A DNA stretch of 64,000 nt, from contig OZ244561.1 of NCBI GenBank assembly GCA_965217585.1, forward strand, positions 2,272,001-2,336,000, read 5' to 3'. The position numbers and the translations under genes were made by a program. Source of the stretch: Candidatus Latescibacterota bacterium (lineage in GTDB: Bacteria; Latescibacterota; UBA2968; UBA8231). Within the stretch, counting starts at the first letter, position 1. Every line of letters begins with the position of its first letter. Under the pieces are notes generated by a model, which was given only the letters and a program-made list of their open reading frames with translations, had not been told where the DNA came from and made no database searches. Below, in pieces: positions 42,729-52,260 of this stretch.

Positions 42729-42807
42729 TTTGCGGAGGATTGTCCATGTCCACTACCAAATCTGGGGCCGTCGGCGGCGCTATCCCCGGATGTTCTTCGA
42801 CGATCCC
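42729..42807 (+). repeat. Deleted, diverged copy of the 44918-45294 small-gene region
   Basis: 27/29 match to 44918-44946, joined to a 48/56 match to 45238-45293. Confidence 0.85.
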
Positions 42808-42914
42808 AACCTCCAATATCGGCGGCGAACTCCGCGATACCGATTTTGCTCATGGGGGGAAGACCAGCAGTGTGGAGGGGTATTGAGAAACAACTGATGA
42901 AGGACTGAACGAAG

Positions 42915-44903
42915 ATGGCTCGTCAAAAAAAGAAAAGTACCAAGCAGAAAAAGCCCAGCGATCCTTTCTCAAAACTCACTTGGGAAGACCTAGAGGAATG
43001 GGCGGAAAACCGCATCGTCGCCCGGGGACGCTCCTATCAGAGAAGCGGAGCCGTTGGGGACTTGGGACGCGCCGAGGACGGGGCGTTGGTAGCCTGGGTA
43101 ATGGGAACCCGGCGCTATGCCACCCGGGTGCGCATTGAGGGAAGGAAAAACCTAGAATCCGAATGCACCTGTCCCTACTGGACGACCTGCAAACACGCGG
43201 TGGCGGTGGTGCTGGAATACTTGGAAAGCATCAAGACAGAGAGTGCTATTGGCCAAGTTGAGGAGGACGATCCGCGCCTGCTGGAACTAGAGGCGATAGG
43301 GGAAGAGTCCGACGAGTTGGAGGAATTCGATGAGTACGAGGACGGCTTGGAAGAGGCGCGTTCCGGACGCTCGAAATCCAAAAAGTCCAAAACGGCATCC
43401 CTGCGTCCGTACCTCCAAGAGCAGACCAAAGCCGAACTCGTGGCGCTGGTGATTGAACTCGCGGACGCGCACGACGAGGTGCGCCAATTGCTCGCCGACC
43501 GCCGCGACTTGACCTCGGGCCAGACGCAAAAAATTCTCCAGATGATCCGCCGCGAGCTCCGCGACTTAGAAGAGCCGACATGGGGCGACTACGACTACGC
43601 TCCCCCTGCGATTAACACGGATCGCCTCAAGGCGGCCCTCAAAGGGCTGATAGAAGCCGGACAGGCCGACGCAGCGGTGCAACTGGGGCCGGAGCTATTG
43701 GCCGCGGCCAACCAAGTGCTACAGTACGATCGCGAGGGCGAATCCGACGCGGCGTTCTCCGACTGCCTCGATGTCCTTTTTCAGGCCCTAGATACGGCTT
43801 CCCTGTCGCCAGCGGACCAGATAGAATGGGCCATAGATATGGAGCAGGCCGACGAATACAGTCTGTGCGACGCTGGCTTGGCCCACCTCTGGAAAAGGCC
43901 CTACGCCGAAAGCGATTGGTCCGCGGTGAGTGATCGGCTAGCGCAGCGTCTCGAGACCTTCAAGGCTACTGAGGAAGAGTTGCGCTACAAGCGGGACCGA
44001 CTGGCCGACTGGCTGATTCGCGCCTTGGAAAAGGCCGGCCGCCAAGACGAGATCATCCCGCTGTGCGAGCGCGAAGCACCCATCACTTTTAGCTATGAAC
44101 GCTTGGTGGATCGCCTGCTGGCCAAACGCCGCTGGGAAGAGGCCCGCCGCTGGTGCCATCAGGGGATGGAGGCGGTTCACTCCCATTATCCGGGCATTGA
44201 AGCGAGGTTGCGCCATCAGCTACAGACGATTAACGAGCAAAGCGGCGACCCGCTCGCCGGGTTGGCCATTCAGGCCGAGGAGTTTTTTGTTGCGCCTGGT
44301 CTGGCCGGTTTTCAGGATTTGTGCAAAGCCGCTCGCAAGGTGCGCCTCGGCAAGGGCGTCGATGCTTGGGCGCGGCACTATCTGGAAACTGGTCGGCGGC
44401 CCGGTGTCGGTCGGAAACGCAAGAGTGATCCGAAGGTAGCTTGGCCCCTGCCGGCCTCTGAAGTCGAGGTGCGTACTCATCACCAAGCAGCGGAGGCACC
44501 TATGACCGGGACACTAATCCGGTTGGCTATTGCCGAGAAGAAGCCGGATGAGGTGCTCAAGTGGTACGACTATGCCAGCCGCAAAAAGGGTGGGTTGGGA
44601 CTGTCTGACTTCCTCGTCAACCCCACCGAGGTGGCCGAGGCCATCAAGTCGGCCCACCCGGATCGGGCGATAGCCATTTGGCAGGAAACTGCGGAAAGAC
44701 AGATCGCCCAGGTGCAGGTGAGTGGGTACGAGGCCGCGGTTCCCTCTTTGCGAAACATGAAAAATGCGCTCACGCGGACCGGTCGCAAGCAAGAATGGGA
44801 AGCGTATCTGGCTTCCTTGCGAGAGCAGAATAACCGCCGGCCGCGGTGTCTGGAGGTGCTGAGCCGGTTGGAGGGAGGACGTCGGCGAATTATCGACACG
44901 TAA
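42915..44903 (+). CDS. SWIM zinc-finger domain protein
   Basis: RGRSY...VMGTRRY...CTCPYWTTCKHAVAV (CxCxnCxH), followed by a helical C-terminal region. Confidence 0.9.
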   Translation: MARQKKKSTKQKKPSDPFSKLTWEDLEEWAENRIVARGRSYQRSGAVGDLGRAEDGALVAWVMGTRRYATRVRIEGRKNLESECTCPYWTTCKHAVAVVLEYLESIKTESAIGQVEEDDPRLLELEAIGEESDELEEFDEYEDGLEEARSGRSKSKKSKTASLRPYLQEQTKAELVALVIELADAHDEVRQLLADRRDLTSGQTQKILQMIRRELRDLEEPTWGDYDYAPPAINTDRLKAALKGLIEAGQADAAVQLGPELLAAANQVLQYDREGESDAAFSDCLDVLFQALDTASLSPADQIEWAIDMEQADEYSLCDAGLAHLWKRPYAESDWSAVSDRLAQRLETFKATEEELRYKRDRLADWLIRALEKAGRQDEIIPLCEREAPITFSYERLVDRLLAKRRWEEARRWCHQGMEAVHSHYPGIEARLRHQLQTINEQSGDPLAGLAIQAEEFFVAPGLAGFQDLCKAARKVRLGKGVDAWARHYLETGRRPGVGRKRKSDPKVAWPLPASEVEVRTHHQAAEAPMTGTLIRLAIAEKKPDEVLKWYDYASRKKGGLGLSDFLVNPTEVAEAIKSAHPDRAIAIWQETAERQIAQVQVSGYEAAVPSLRNMKNALTRTGRKQEWEAYLASLREQNNRRPRCLEVLSRLEGGRRRIIDT

Positions 44904-44934
44904 TCCCATTGGCAACTTTTGCGGAGGATTGTTT

Positions 44935-45357
44935 ATGTCCACTACCTATTGCCCCCAATGCCGCCGCGTCACCAACACGCGCGTTGTCCTTGAGCCCCCG
45001 CGCCGGACGCCCAAAGGGAAGGAACCGGGCCTGCGGGTCATTCATTGTACCCTTTGCAATGGTTTTATTCGCAGCGAGGAAGTGCCCCGCGCCGAAGAGA
45101 AGGATAGCGTACCGTAGCTGCGACTCTACAAGCGTGCTGGTCAGCCGGGCCTGCGGGTACGCCGTCCCAGACGACTCCACTTTGAGACGCATCAAGCCCT
45201 CCGAGAATTGGAAAAGAGCCTCAAGACCTTGGAGCGGCACCACCAAATCCATAGCCGTCGGCGGCGCTCTCCCCGGATGTTCATCGACGACCCTAAGCCC
45301 TTCCTCGACAATATGGATCAGCGCCTATCGCGGCTGGAAGAGATCGACGTCAAATAA
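44935..45357 (+). pseudogene. Small zinc-ribbon protein with an in-frame TAG (60 aa if the stop is used, 140 codons if read through)
   Basis: GGAGG RBS; CPQC...CTLC. The frame stays open for 79 codons after the TAG at 45115-45117, until TAA at 45355-45357. Confidence 0.5.
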
Positions 45358-45755
45358 AAGAACCGGGCCATGTGCGCCGTTGTCGGTCCAGGCCATGACT
45401 TGATAGCCTGTGAAAAGTGTATATGTTGTCGTCAAATTATTGTGAAAAATGGCGATACATAGTCAAGTTCGCGGAAAGAGAACCAGAGCCTACACAGTCA
45501 ACGACTTCGCTCATTCTCTTGACGGGCGCGGTGGCGTTCCTTTCCTTGCGGACGAAACGTGCGGTGGCGATGGAGTTGATGATGGAACAGCTTTAGGGAC
45601 AGGATACACCTCGGCAAGTAACCTTGAAATCGCGCCTAGTCATGCGGGAATCCTGCGGGGCGATAAAATGTTTACTCATGGACCCGCGACCGCGGTCTGA
45701 TAGAAGGACCAACGGGTAGAGAGACATTTTTGAGCGGTCAATAGAGGACGAAATC

Positions 45756-46889
45756 ATGTCAGGTGATCTAATTAGCGCATTGGGGCGCTGGATTGACAAT
45801 TCGGCGTTCCGAACTGATGCAGTCAAGTTTTTGTCTTTATCTCAAGATGCCGTTGACAAGCTCGCGGCTCTCATCGAGAAGCACGCAACGTTTGACGTCC
45901 CGGCGAGCGAAATCGCTGAATTCGAGAGCGCTTGTGGAAGCGATGGGAATGGACGTGGCATATTGGCAGCCGCACAATTGATCCGTTCATCCGTTCGACG
46001 TATTGACCAAGATGAACGAAGAGAGAACTTGATCAATTTTGCTGCGTTGGTAGGAGTCGAACCATTCGTACCTGAACACTTTTCGGCGTTCTTCTCGTCC
46101 CGACCGGAATTGGACAACGAGGAACTCAGGACCAGCGCCATTGCGATTGCTCCAACTCTAGCAGACGTCAGCCTAAATAGCGACCTCCGCGTTGTGTCGG
46201 ACCCAAATGTGGAGTGCAGGCTTGTTCCCGTTGTCTTTGCCCGGTTGGAGTTCGACGAACCCGTAGCCGGACAACGAGCGCTTTTCATCCAGATCACGGA
46301 AGACTCGCTCGCAGAACTGGAGCAGGAGATCAAAAAAACGAAGGAAATTTTGCAAATCGTTCGTAGTCGATTTGGATCGGATATACTTGCCCGAGAGGCG
46401 GGTTCCTATGTGATGAACTCCGCAGTGAAAGCAGTTTCTCAGACGGCGGAAGGTCCCTATGTGACGGACTCCATGGGGTCGATTGATTGGTCGTTATTCA
46501 AGATACATTTCTTTTCCGCTCCTGAAAGGAAAGCGAGGTTGACTGGCCCGGTCCAGTTCATCAATAAACTCTTGGAAACTTGGCACCTGAACTCTGAAGA
46601 CGCCGTGCCATTGCTCGGGCATGAATCGTCGGAAAAGTCATATGTCTCAGACCTGTTGAATGGACGCACTGCTCTCAAGGGACGCGACACCAAGGACCGA
46701 ATCGTATATCTCTTTCACATCCGAAAAACGTTGTCCGCGCTGTTTCTGAGTGAGGACGACGAGAACAAGTGGCTCCGTGAGCAGCAGGCGACGTTGGGCG
46801 GACAGACGCCGATGCAACGGTTGCTGGAGGGATCGATGGAAAACCTGCTGCTCGTGAAGGAATTCGTTGAAGAGGCGGCGGGCAAGTAG
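45756..46889 (+). CDS. COMMD-like N-terminal region fused to an Xre/MbcA/ParS-type antitoxin
   Basis: C-terminal LLETWHL...RIVYLFHIRKTLSALF...KWLRE...LGGQTPMQRLLEG is MbcA/ParS-like. Residues ~133-207 (PTLADV...DLRVV...LVPVVFARLEF...FIQITEDSLAELEQEI) resemble a COMM domain. Confidence 0.65.
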   Translation: MSGDLISALGRWIDNSAFRTDAVKFLSLSQDAVDKLAALIEKHATFDVPASEIAEFESACGSDGNGRGILAAAQLIRSSVRRIDQDERRENLINFAALVGVEPFVPEHFSAFFSSRPELDNEELRTSAIAIAPTLADVSLNSDLRVVSDPNVECRLVPVVFARLEFDEPVAGQRALFIQITEDSLAELEQEIKKTKEILQIVRSRFGSDILAREAGSYVMNSAVKAVSQTAEGPYVTDSMGSIDWSLFKIHFFSAPERKARLTGPVQFINKLLETWHLNSEDAVPLLGHESSEKSYVSDLLNGRTALKGRDTKDRIVYLFHIRKTLSALFLSEDDENKWLREQQATLGGQTPMQRLLEGSMENLLLVKEFVEEAAGK

Positions 46890-46891
46890 AA

Positions 46892-47476
46892 GTGCTTGAA
46901 TCGATTCCGATCGAGTCTCGGCAGGTCGCGGTATACCGACTAGCGAGCTATCGCGAGGACGAAGAGTTTATGCATGAACTCGGATTGGATCAGGAGGGCC
47001 GAGACGAGCTCATGGATCTGCTGGAATCGAAAAACGCTAAGGATTCGCTTGAAGCGCTTCTCGATGAACCGTTCAAACGTAAGCCTAGACTCGATAGGAC
47101 AGGATATGGTGTCTCGCGCTTTTCGGATGGTTCGTTCCGCGTGTTTTACTGCTCCACGGAAGCCAATACGGCGGAAGCTGAGGCCCGGCACTATCGTTCC
47201 AAACTTGTCCGTGACCTACCCACACGGTACATGCGTTTTGCGTGCGATTTCGACGGGCGCGTCAAGGACCTGCGGCCGAAGAAAGATGAATGGCCGGAGC
47301 TGACATACGACACCGACTACGGGTTTTGTAACGAACTAGGATCCGAGGCGGTGAAGACGGGTCTGGACGGACTGCTGGCTCTCTCGGTGCGACGGGTGGG
47401 GGGAACGAACATTCCGGTATTTAAGCGGTCTGCGATCAGCAACCCCCGCGATCTTGAGGAGGTAACCGACCTGTGA
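46892..47476 (+). CDS. RES-domain toxin (putative NAD+ phosphorylase/ADP-ribosyltransferase)
   Basis: SRFSDGSFRVFY (R), TAEAE (E), LSVRR..GTN (S); starts 2 nt after the antitoxin stop. Confidence 0.88.
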   Translation: MLESIPIESRQVAVYRLASYREDEEFMHELGLDQEGRDELMDLLESKNAKDSLEALLDEPFKRKPRLDRTGYGVSRFSDGSFRVFYCSTEANTAEAEARHYRSKLVRDLPTRYMRFACDFDGRVKDLRPKKDEWPELTYDTDYGFCNELGSEAVKTGLDGLLALSVRRVGGTNIPVFKRSAISNPRDLEEVTDL

Positions 47477-47656
47477 CACTTCAACTTTCTCGTCAATGGG
47501 GATTGTCGTCTGCAACGAGCGCGATGGCGGGCGTTCTGCAGGTGTCCCGGGTTAAGCTTCGCAACGGGACCGGGACGAGTGGGTGGTTGAACTACGTCCA
47601 TGTCGAGCCATAGGGCTGATCCCGGACGGTCTCGCCCCAGCGAGCGTATGACGAGC

Positions 47657-47698
47657 AAGGCGTCGTCGCGGAGATTCGCGTCGTCGCCTTTTTATTTG
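47657..47698. terminator. Imperfect hairpin with T-run between convergent genes
   Basis: aaggcgtcgtcgcg-gagatt-cgcgtcgtcgcctt followed by tttattt; two internal mismatches. Confidence 0.35.
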
Positions 47699-49665
47699 AT
47701 CAGAACCATCTTCTGCATCCGAGAGACCTGGTCAGCCCCTGTCAGCCTGCACAGGTAGACACCCGAAGCCCGATCCGAGGCATCCCACGTCGCGGAGTGA
47801 CTCCCGCGGCTCCTGGTCTCGCTGAACAGCGTCTCCACCAGCTGCCCCGTGAGAGTGTGGACCGACAGCGTCACGTGCTGCAACTCCGAGAGCGTGAAGT
47901 GGATCGTGGTGACCGGATTGAAGGGATTCGGGTAGATGCTATCGAGCCTCGTCTTCTGGGGTGCCACCTGGTCCGAGGCAGCGCTGGTTATCGATGTCGC
48001 CACGTGGCCGTCGACCTCTATGGGCCAGCCCTCCAGCAACTCGTGCCAGGGTGCGACGGGCAGATTGCCGTCTTGGTCGCGGGCATACCCGAACATGCGC
48101 CACCTTCCCCCGAGGGCCTGATCCGACACCCTGAATCGCGCTGTGAGGTGAATGCGGTCGCGGCCGTCGGTTCCCCAGGCCGTCTCTGTGCCGTCGACGT
48201 ACAGGCCCTCGATCCCCGTGCGGTCCGTCCAATCCGCTGAACCCTCCCCCTCTCTCGAGTACACGGACCCGCTGGCACCTCGAATGAAGTAGCTGTCGCC
48301 GGCTGAGAACTCCTCCAGAGCGATGCGATCGCCGGTGGCGGAGGCGAGGCGCCTGGAGTTGATGAGCTGGACGCCGATCTCGGCGATGTCATTCGCTCCC
48401 TGAGGGTCGACGGCCAGCGCGTGCAGGTCGTACCAGGTGTTGGTCTCGAGGGTATCGACGCGCTCCTCTGCGCCGGGCAGGGTGACATACATGTGTCCAA
48501 CGAAAGGACTGGGGCTCGAGTCCGGGAAGGGATGGCGGGGCGCAGAACTCAGGGCGCTGTTGTACTTGAAGAGCCGGCCGTCGACGAACAGGTTGTAGGC
48601 CACGAACTTCGTCTCCCCCTCGTAGTCGTAGTCGTCCACCCACAACAGCCGGCGCCACGGATCCGTGGCGTTCACGTTGTCCCCTATGTAGATGTTGTGG
48701 AGCACGGCTTCGGCGATGTGATTGCCGTTGTGCGTTGGATCGCCGAAGTCCAGCATCCGGGAGTACCCGCCGACCGAGTAGTCTCCGCAGCCGGGATCGA
48801 AGTAGTTCCCGGTGATCTCCAGGCTGCCGCTCTTGAAGGCCATGGGCCGGGTGCGCTCGAAGATGTTGTCGCGGACCACGGCTCGAATCGCGTACCCGCC
48901 CTGGGGATGGGTATCGACGCAGGCCTGCCATTGAACTAGGTCGTTGTCGTGGAAGTAGTTGTTCTCCACGGTGAACCGGGTCTGCGGGCTGTTGGAGGCA
49001 ATGGAATGGCGGTTGAAGGTGAATTCGTTGCGCGCTATGGCGACCTCGGAACCGCCGGTGGCCATGGTCGTCCCCGTAATGCTGATCCCATAGCCGAAGC
49101 CATTGCGATAGTTCTCGTGCAGGTAGCTCCCGGTGACCACGCCCCCGCGGGAGTTCATGAAGTCGATGCCCTTGCGGAAGCGGGTGATCTCGCAGTTGCC
49201 GATCTCGAGCTGGTCGTGCCCGACAACGGCGATGCCGTCTCCGGTTCCCGCCTCGTGGGTAATGGCCCCCACGAGCTTGAGGCTCTCGAAGGTCACGGCG
49301 TCGCTCGCCACGTGGAACAGGTCGAGGTCGCTGTCTTCGGTGTAGCACACGGAGGGAGGAGAGTCCCAGTACGGCGGGTCATTCGGCTCTCCCGGCTCGA
49401 CCTCGCCCACGTCCACGAGTTCGGCCGCGCCGAGAAGGGTGATGCTCCTGTCGATGACGACCGTCTCGGTGAACAGGTACTCTCCCCCTATAAACACCAG
49501 TGTGTCCCCTGCGGAGGCTCTGGACACGGCCTCCTGAACCGCCGCGCTGGTGAAGCCCTCCACCTGCAGGCCCTGGGCGGGAGCCACGAGGGCTGGCAGA
49601 AAAGCCACTAGCCACGCACGGACGGCGGCTGTCTTTGCCCTGGTCTTCTCGTTCCTCGTCTCCAT
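47692..49665 (-). CDS. Secreted right-handed beta-helix protein with a C-terminal secretion/sorting (FlgD/T9SS-like) domain
   Basis: Signal peptide; PbH1-like repeats (IGNCEI, VTGSYLHEN, VENNYFHDN); C-terminal YPNPFNPVTTIHF...ASGVYLCRL...KMVLIK. Confidence 0.8.
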   Translation of the reverse strand: METRNEKTRAKTAAVRAWLVAFLPALVAPAQGLQVEGFTSAAVQEAVSRASAGDTLVFIGGEYLFTETVVIDRSITLLGAAELVDVGEVEPGEPNDPPYWDSPPSVCYTEDSDLDLFHVASDAVTFESLKLVGAITHEAGTGDGIAVVGHDQLEIGNCEITRFRKGIDFMNSRGGVVTGSYLHENYRNGFGYGISITGTTMATGGSEVAIARNEFTFNRHSIASNSPQTRFTVENNYFHDNDLVQWQACVDTHPQGGYAIRAVVRDNIFERTRPMAFKSGSLEITGNYFDPGCGDYSVGGYSRMLDFGDPTHNGNHIAEAVLHNIYIGDNVNATDPWRRLLWVDDYDYEGETKFVAYNLFVDGRLFKYNSALSSAPRHPFPDSSPSPFVGHMYVTLPGAEERVDTLETNTWYDLHALAVDPQGANDIAEIGVQLINSRRLASATGDRIALEEFSAGDSYFIRGASGSVYSREGEGSADWTDRTGIEGLYVDGTETAWGTDGRDRIHLTARFRVSDQALGGRWRMFGYARDQDGNLPVAPWHELLEGWPIEVDGHVATSITSAASDQVAPQKTRLDSIYPNPFNPVTTIHFTLSELQHVTLSVHTLTGQLVETLFSETRSRGSHSATWDASDRASGVYLCRLTGADQVSRMQKMVLIK

Positions 49666-49752
49666 CGCTCGCCATACCTTCCCTGAAAGCCCGTTGTAGG
49701 CTCGTTGTAGGAATATTGCATATGGCCCTTATTAGGACAATTGATATAAGAA

Positions 49753-49975
49753 GCTCAAGTTGCACGCTCGCTGATCGACAGCATTCGCCACCCAACGGTC
49801 GTCCGCGACAACGCAGCCCGGCAAACCTTTCCGCACATTCGGCCCCAAGGGGTGCGCGAGGCCATCGCAAGTGCGCTTGGCAACGAAGGCCGCGAATGCG
49901 CTGCAACGCATTGGGCCGATGCCCTGTCGTCCAGCGGCGCTGCCCGCGATTGGGGCGGCGTGCGCTTTGGCAACG
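49753..49975 (+). pseudogene. Internal fragment of a YbjT-like NAD(P)-binding/DUF2867 protein
   Basis: A start-less frame reads AQVARSLIDSIRHPTVVRDNAARQTFPHIRPQGVREAIASALGNE...HWADALSS...WGGVRFGN, matching my recollection of the YbjT middle region. Confidence 0.6.
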
Positions 49976-50052
49976 CCTGTGGAGGAACGTGGCGCATGAA
50001 GCTGTTGTAGCGAAGGTCTGCGAAGGGAAGGCGACGGTGAGGAGAATTCTTT

Positions 50053-50598
50053 ATGATAACGAAAATTAACCAAACGTCCCTCGCGCTTGTGCGTGGGGAT
50101 ATTACACGGGAACAAGTCGATGCGATCGCCAACGCTGCCAACGAGCAACTCATGGGCGGCGGTGGCGTCGATGGTGCCATTCACCGCGCTGGGGGACCGG
50201 CCATAATGGCGGAATGCAGCGCAATCCGCGCCGAGCAGGGCGGTTGTCCCACGGGTCAAGCCGTAATCACGACGGGGGGCAACCTTCCCGCCAAGCACGT
50301 CATCCACACTGTGGGGCCGATCTGGCGGGGCGGAACCGCTGGTGAACCCGAACTTCTTGCTAGCTGTTATCGGGAAAGTTTAAGGCTTGCAGTGGAGCAC
50401 GGCATCAAGACGATTGCCTTTCCATCCATTAGCACCGGCGTGTACGGTTATCCGGTCGCGCAGGCGGCGGTCATCGCGCTCCATGCGGTGAAGCAATTCC
50501 TCGAAGCACACGATGGTCTCGATGAAGTGCGTTTCGTCCTCTTCGACGATGCGACGTACGGCGCTTACGAGAACGCCCTTGCGAAAATGAACGTATAA
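50053..50598 (+). CDS. ymdB: Macrodomain O-acetyl-ADP-ribose deacetylase / ADP-ribose hydrolase
   Basis: GDIT, NAAN..LMGGGGVDGAIHRAGG, VIHTVGPIW, AFPSISTGVYGYP. Confidence 0.93.
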   Translation: MITKINQTSLALVRGDITREQVDAIANAANEQLMGGGGVDGAIHRAGGPAIMAECSAIRAEQGGCPTGQAVITTGGNLPAKHVIHTVGPIWRGGTAGEPELLASCYRESLRLAVEHGIKTIAFPSISTGVYGYPVAQAAVIALHAVKQFLEAHDGLDEVRFVLFDDATYGAYENALAKMNV

Positions 50599-50607
50599 CG
50601 GCGACCG

Positions 50608-52260
50608 CTAGCTCGTCGGGCGGACGCGCGGACCATTCAGCAGTCTGCCCAGCCAGGTGTAGCGGACGAGAAATTGGTAGATCAGCAATAGAAGGCCGGT
50701 GACTGCGAGCAAAACTAGGAAGTACTTTACCCCTGAAGAAAGCGGCCAATCGCGCACCGCCAATTGAGCGCCAATGACCAGCGGCACATGCGTCACGTAC
50801 AGCCAGTACGACGAATCCGACAAGTAGCGAATGGTTTTGTTTTCGCAGACGCAGAGTTTGCGGAACAAGCCAATGAACCCAAAGGGCATCATCCAAGCGT
50901 AGATCGCCTGCAACGCTACTGCTGCGGTACGGGCCATAGCCGGGCCGAATATCTCTTGGCGAAATCCAAATGTACCCGTTGCAAATTCGAGCCCGAGTGG
51001 GAAGACGATGAACAATCCCGAGGGAAGGGCTAGCCACCACCATCTTCCGACTCGGTCGTCTGGATCGTCGCAGTCGAAATACAGGGCACCGAAAGCGAAA
51101 AAGAGGGCGTGGTAAAGTAATATGTGCGGCATGGGTAGAAGGCCCAAGGAGGTATCCGGTCCAAAACTGGGCACGACCAGTCCCATGAGCGACTGTGGGA
51201 TCATGGTCAGGGGGATCAAATAGAGAAATCGAACCGGTGAAAGAACCAGCCACTTGGGCGGTCCCTGCCATTGCAGCCAATCAGCGAGACGGGCGTAGAG
51301 TGCGAAGACGAGGACCAACCAGCAGAGGAACCACAAGAACCAAAGGTGGTGAAAAACCGGCACGGCAAAGATCGGCGATGCCATCGCTTTGAGAAACCCG
51401 ACCGATTTCTCCTCTGCCTTGTCGGTTTTTTCCCGACCGTCGCCAGCAGAGGATTGTTCGAACAGTCTGCCGATTTCAACGCGACCGTCCTTGACTTGTC
51501 GTTCATCGAGCTCAATCTGCAACAAGCCCGCCAAATACCGAGTCAATTCCCAATCTGCCTTCAAAGCTGCCCGAGGCGTCACCCCGTTGTTGTTTTTTGC
51601 CTCAATATCTGCTCCGTGCTGAAGCAGCAATTTGGCGACTTCCATCCGTCCCAGGAAAGCGGCCGCGTGCAAGGGCGTTCCGCCATCCTTGGTGCGGCCA
51701 TTAACAGCGGCCCCGTTTTGCAGCAGCCAATCGACGGTTTCAGCCCGACCGACCAGTGCGGCCCATACGGGGGGAGTTTGCCCAAACACCGGATCAATAC
51801 CATCGATATCGGCTCCGTTTTTCAAGTGCCGTTCAATGGCGGCGAGGTCCCCGTTTCTGGCTGCGCTCCAGATACTGTCTTCCTCGGCTTTGGCCACAGT
51901 GGCTTCAAATGCGGATGCAATGGTCCAGCCGCTGATCCAGTTTACCGCGGGGATGACTGTCACCAGCCCGAGTAAGAACGGCAGGAACACGCGGAACAAG
52001 CGATGGGAGAGCAAGGCTTTCAAGCCGCGCCCGCGCCAAAGCATGGCCGTGAAAAAACCGCTCAACACAAAGAACACCGGCATGCGGAAGCCGTGAATTG
52101 CGGTGAATAACAGTCCGAAGAAACCGCTTTGTTGTGTATCCTGAACCGGCCAGGGAAACGGGGTGAAGGATAACCCCGCGTGTAATACGATGCCGAGCAA
52201 CATCGCCGCGGCGCGCAGGGCGTCGAGGTCGTAGCGGCGAGGGTAAGAACCTTTATTCAA
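50608..52260 (-). CDS. Acyltransferase-3 (OpgC/MdoC-like) membrane protein with inserted ankyrin repeats
   Basis: LDALRAAAMLLGIVLH, HGFRMPVFFVLSGFF, HHLWFL and SSYWLY..H motifs. Central AARNGD...GAD, GQTP and GGTPLHAAAFLG...GAD ankyrin repeats. Confidence 0.88.
   Translation of the reverse strand: MNKGSYPRRYDLDALRAAAMLLGIVLHAGLSFTPFPWPVQDTQQSGFFGLLFTAIHGFRMPVFFVLSGFFTAMLWRGRGLKALLSHRLFRVFLPFLLGLVTVIPAVNWISGWTIASAFEATVAKAEEDSIWSAARNGDLAAIERHLKNGADIDGIDPVFGQTPPVWAALVGRAETVDWLLQNGAAVNGRTKDGGTPLHAAAFLGRMEVAKLLLQHGADIEAKNNNGVTPRAALKADWELTRYLAGLLQIELDERQVKDGRVEIGRLFEQSSAGDGREKTDKAEEKSVGFLKAMASPIFAVPVFHHLWFLWFLCWLVLVFALYARLADWLQWQGPPKWLVLSPVRFLYLIPLTMIPQSLMGLVVPSFGPDTSLGLLPMPHILLYHALFFAFGALYFDCDDPDDRVGRWWWLALPSGLFIVFPLGLEFATGTFGFRQEIFGPAMARTAAVALQAIYAWMMPFGFIGLFRKLCVCENKTIRYLSDSSYWLYVTHVPLVIGAQLAVRDWPLSSGVKYFLVLLAVTGLLLLIYQFLVRYTWLGRLLNGPRVRPTS

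Noticed and set aside
45449-45700. 83-aa ORF upstream of the COMMD-like gene
   Set aside because: It has no RBS or recognisable motif; more likely promoter or degraded sequence, though a small partner gene cannot be excluded.
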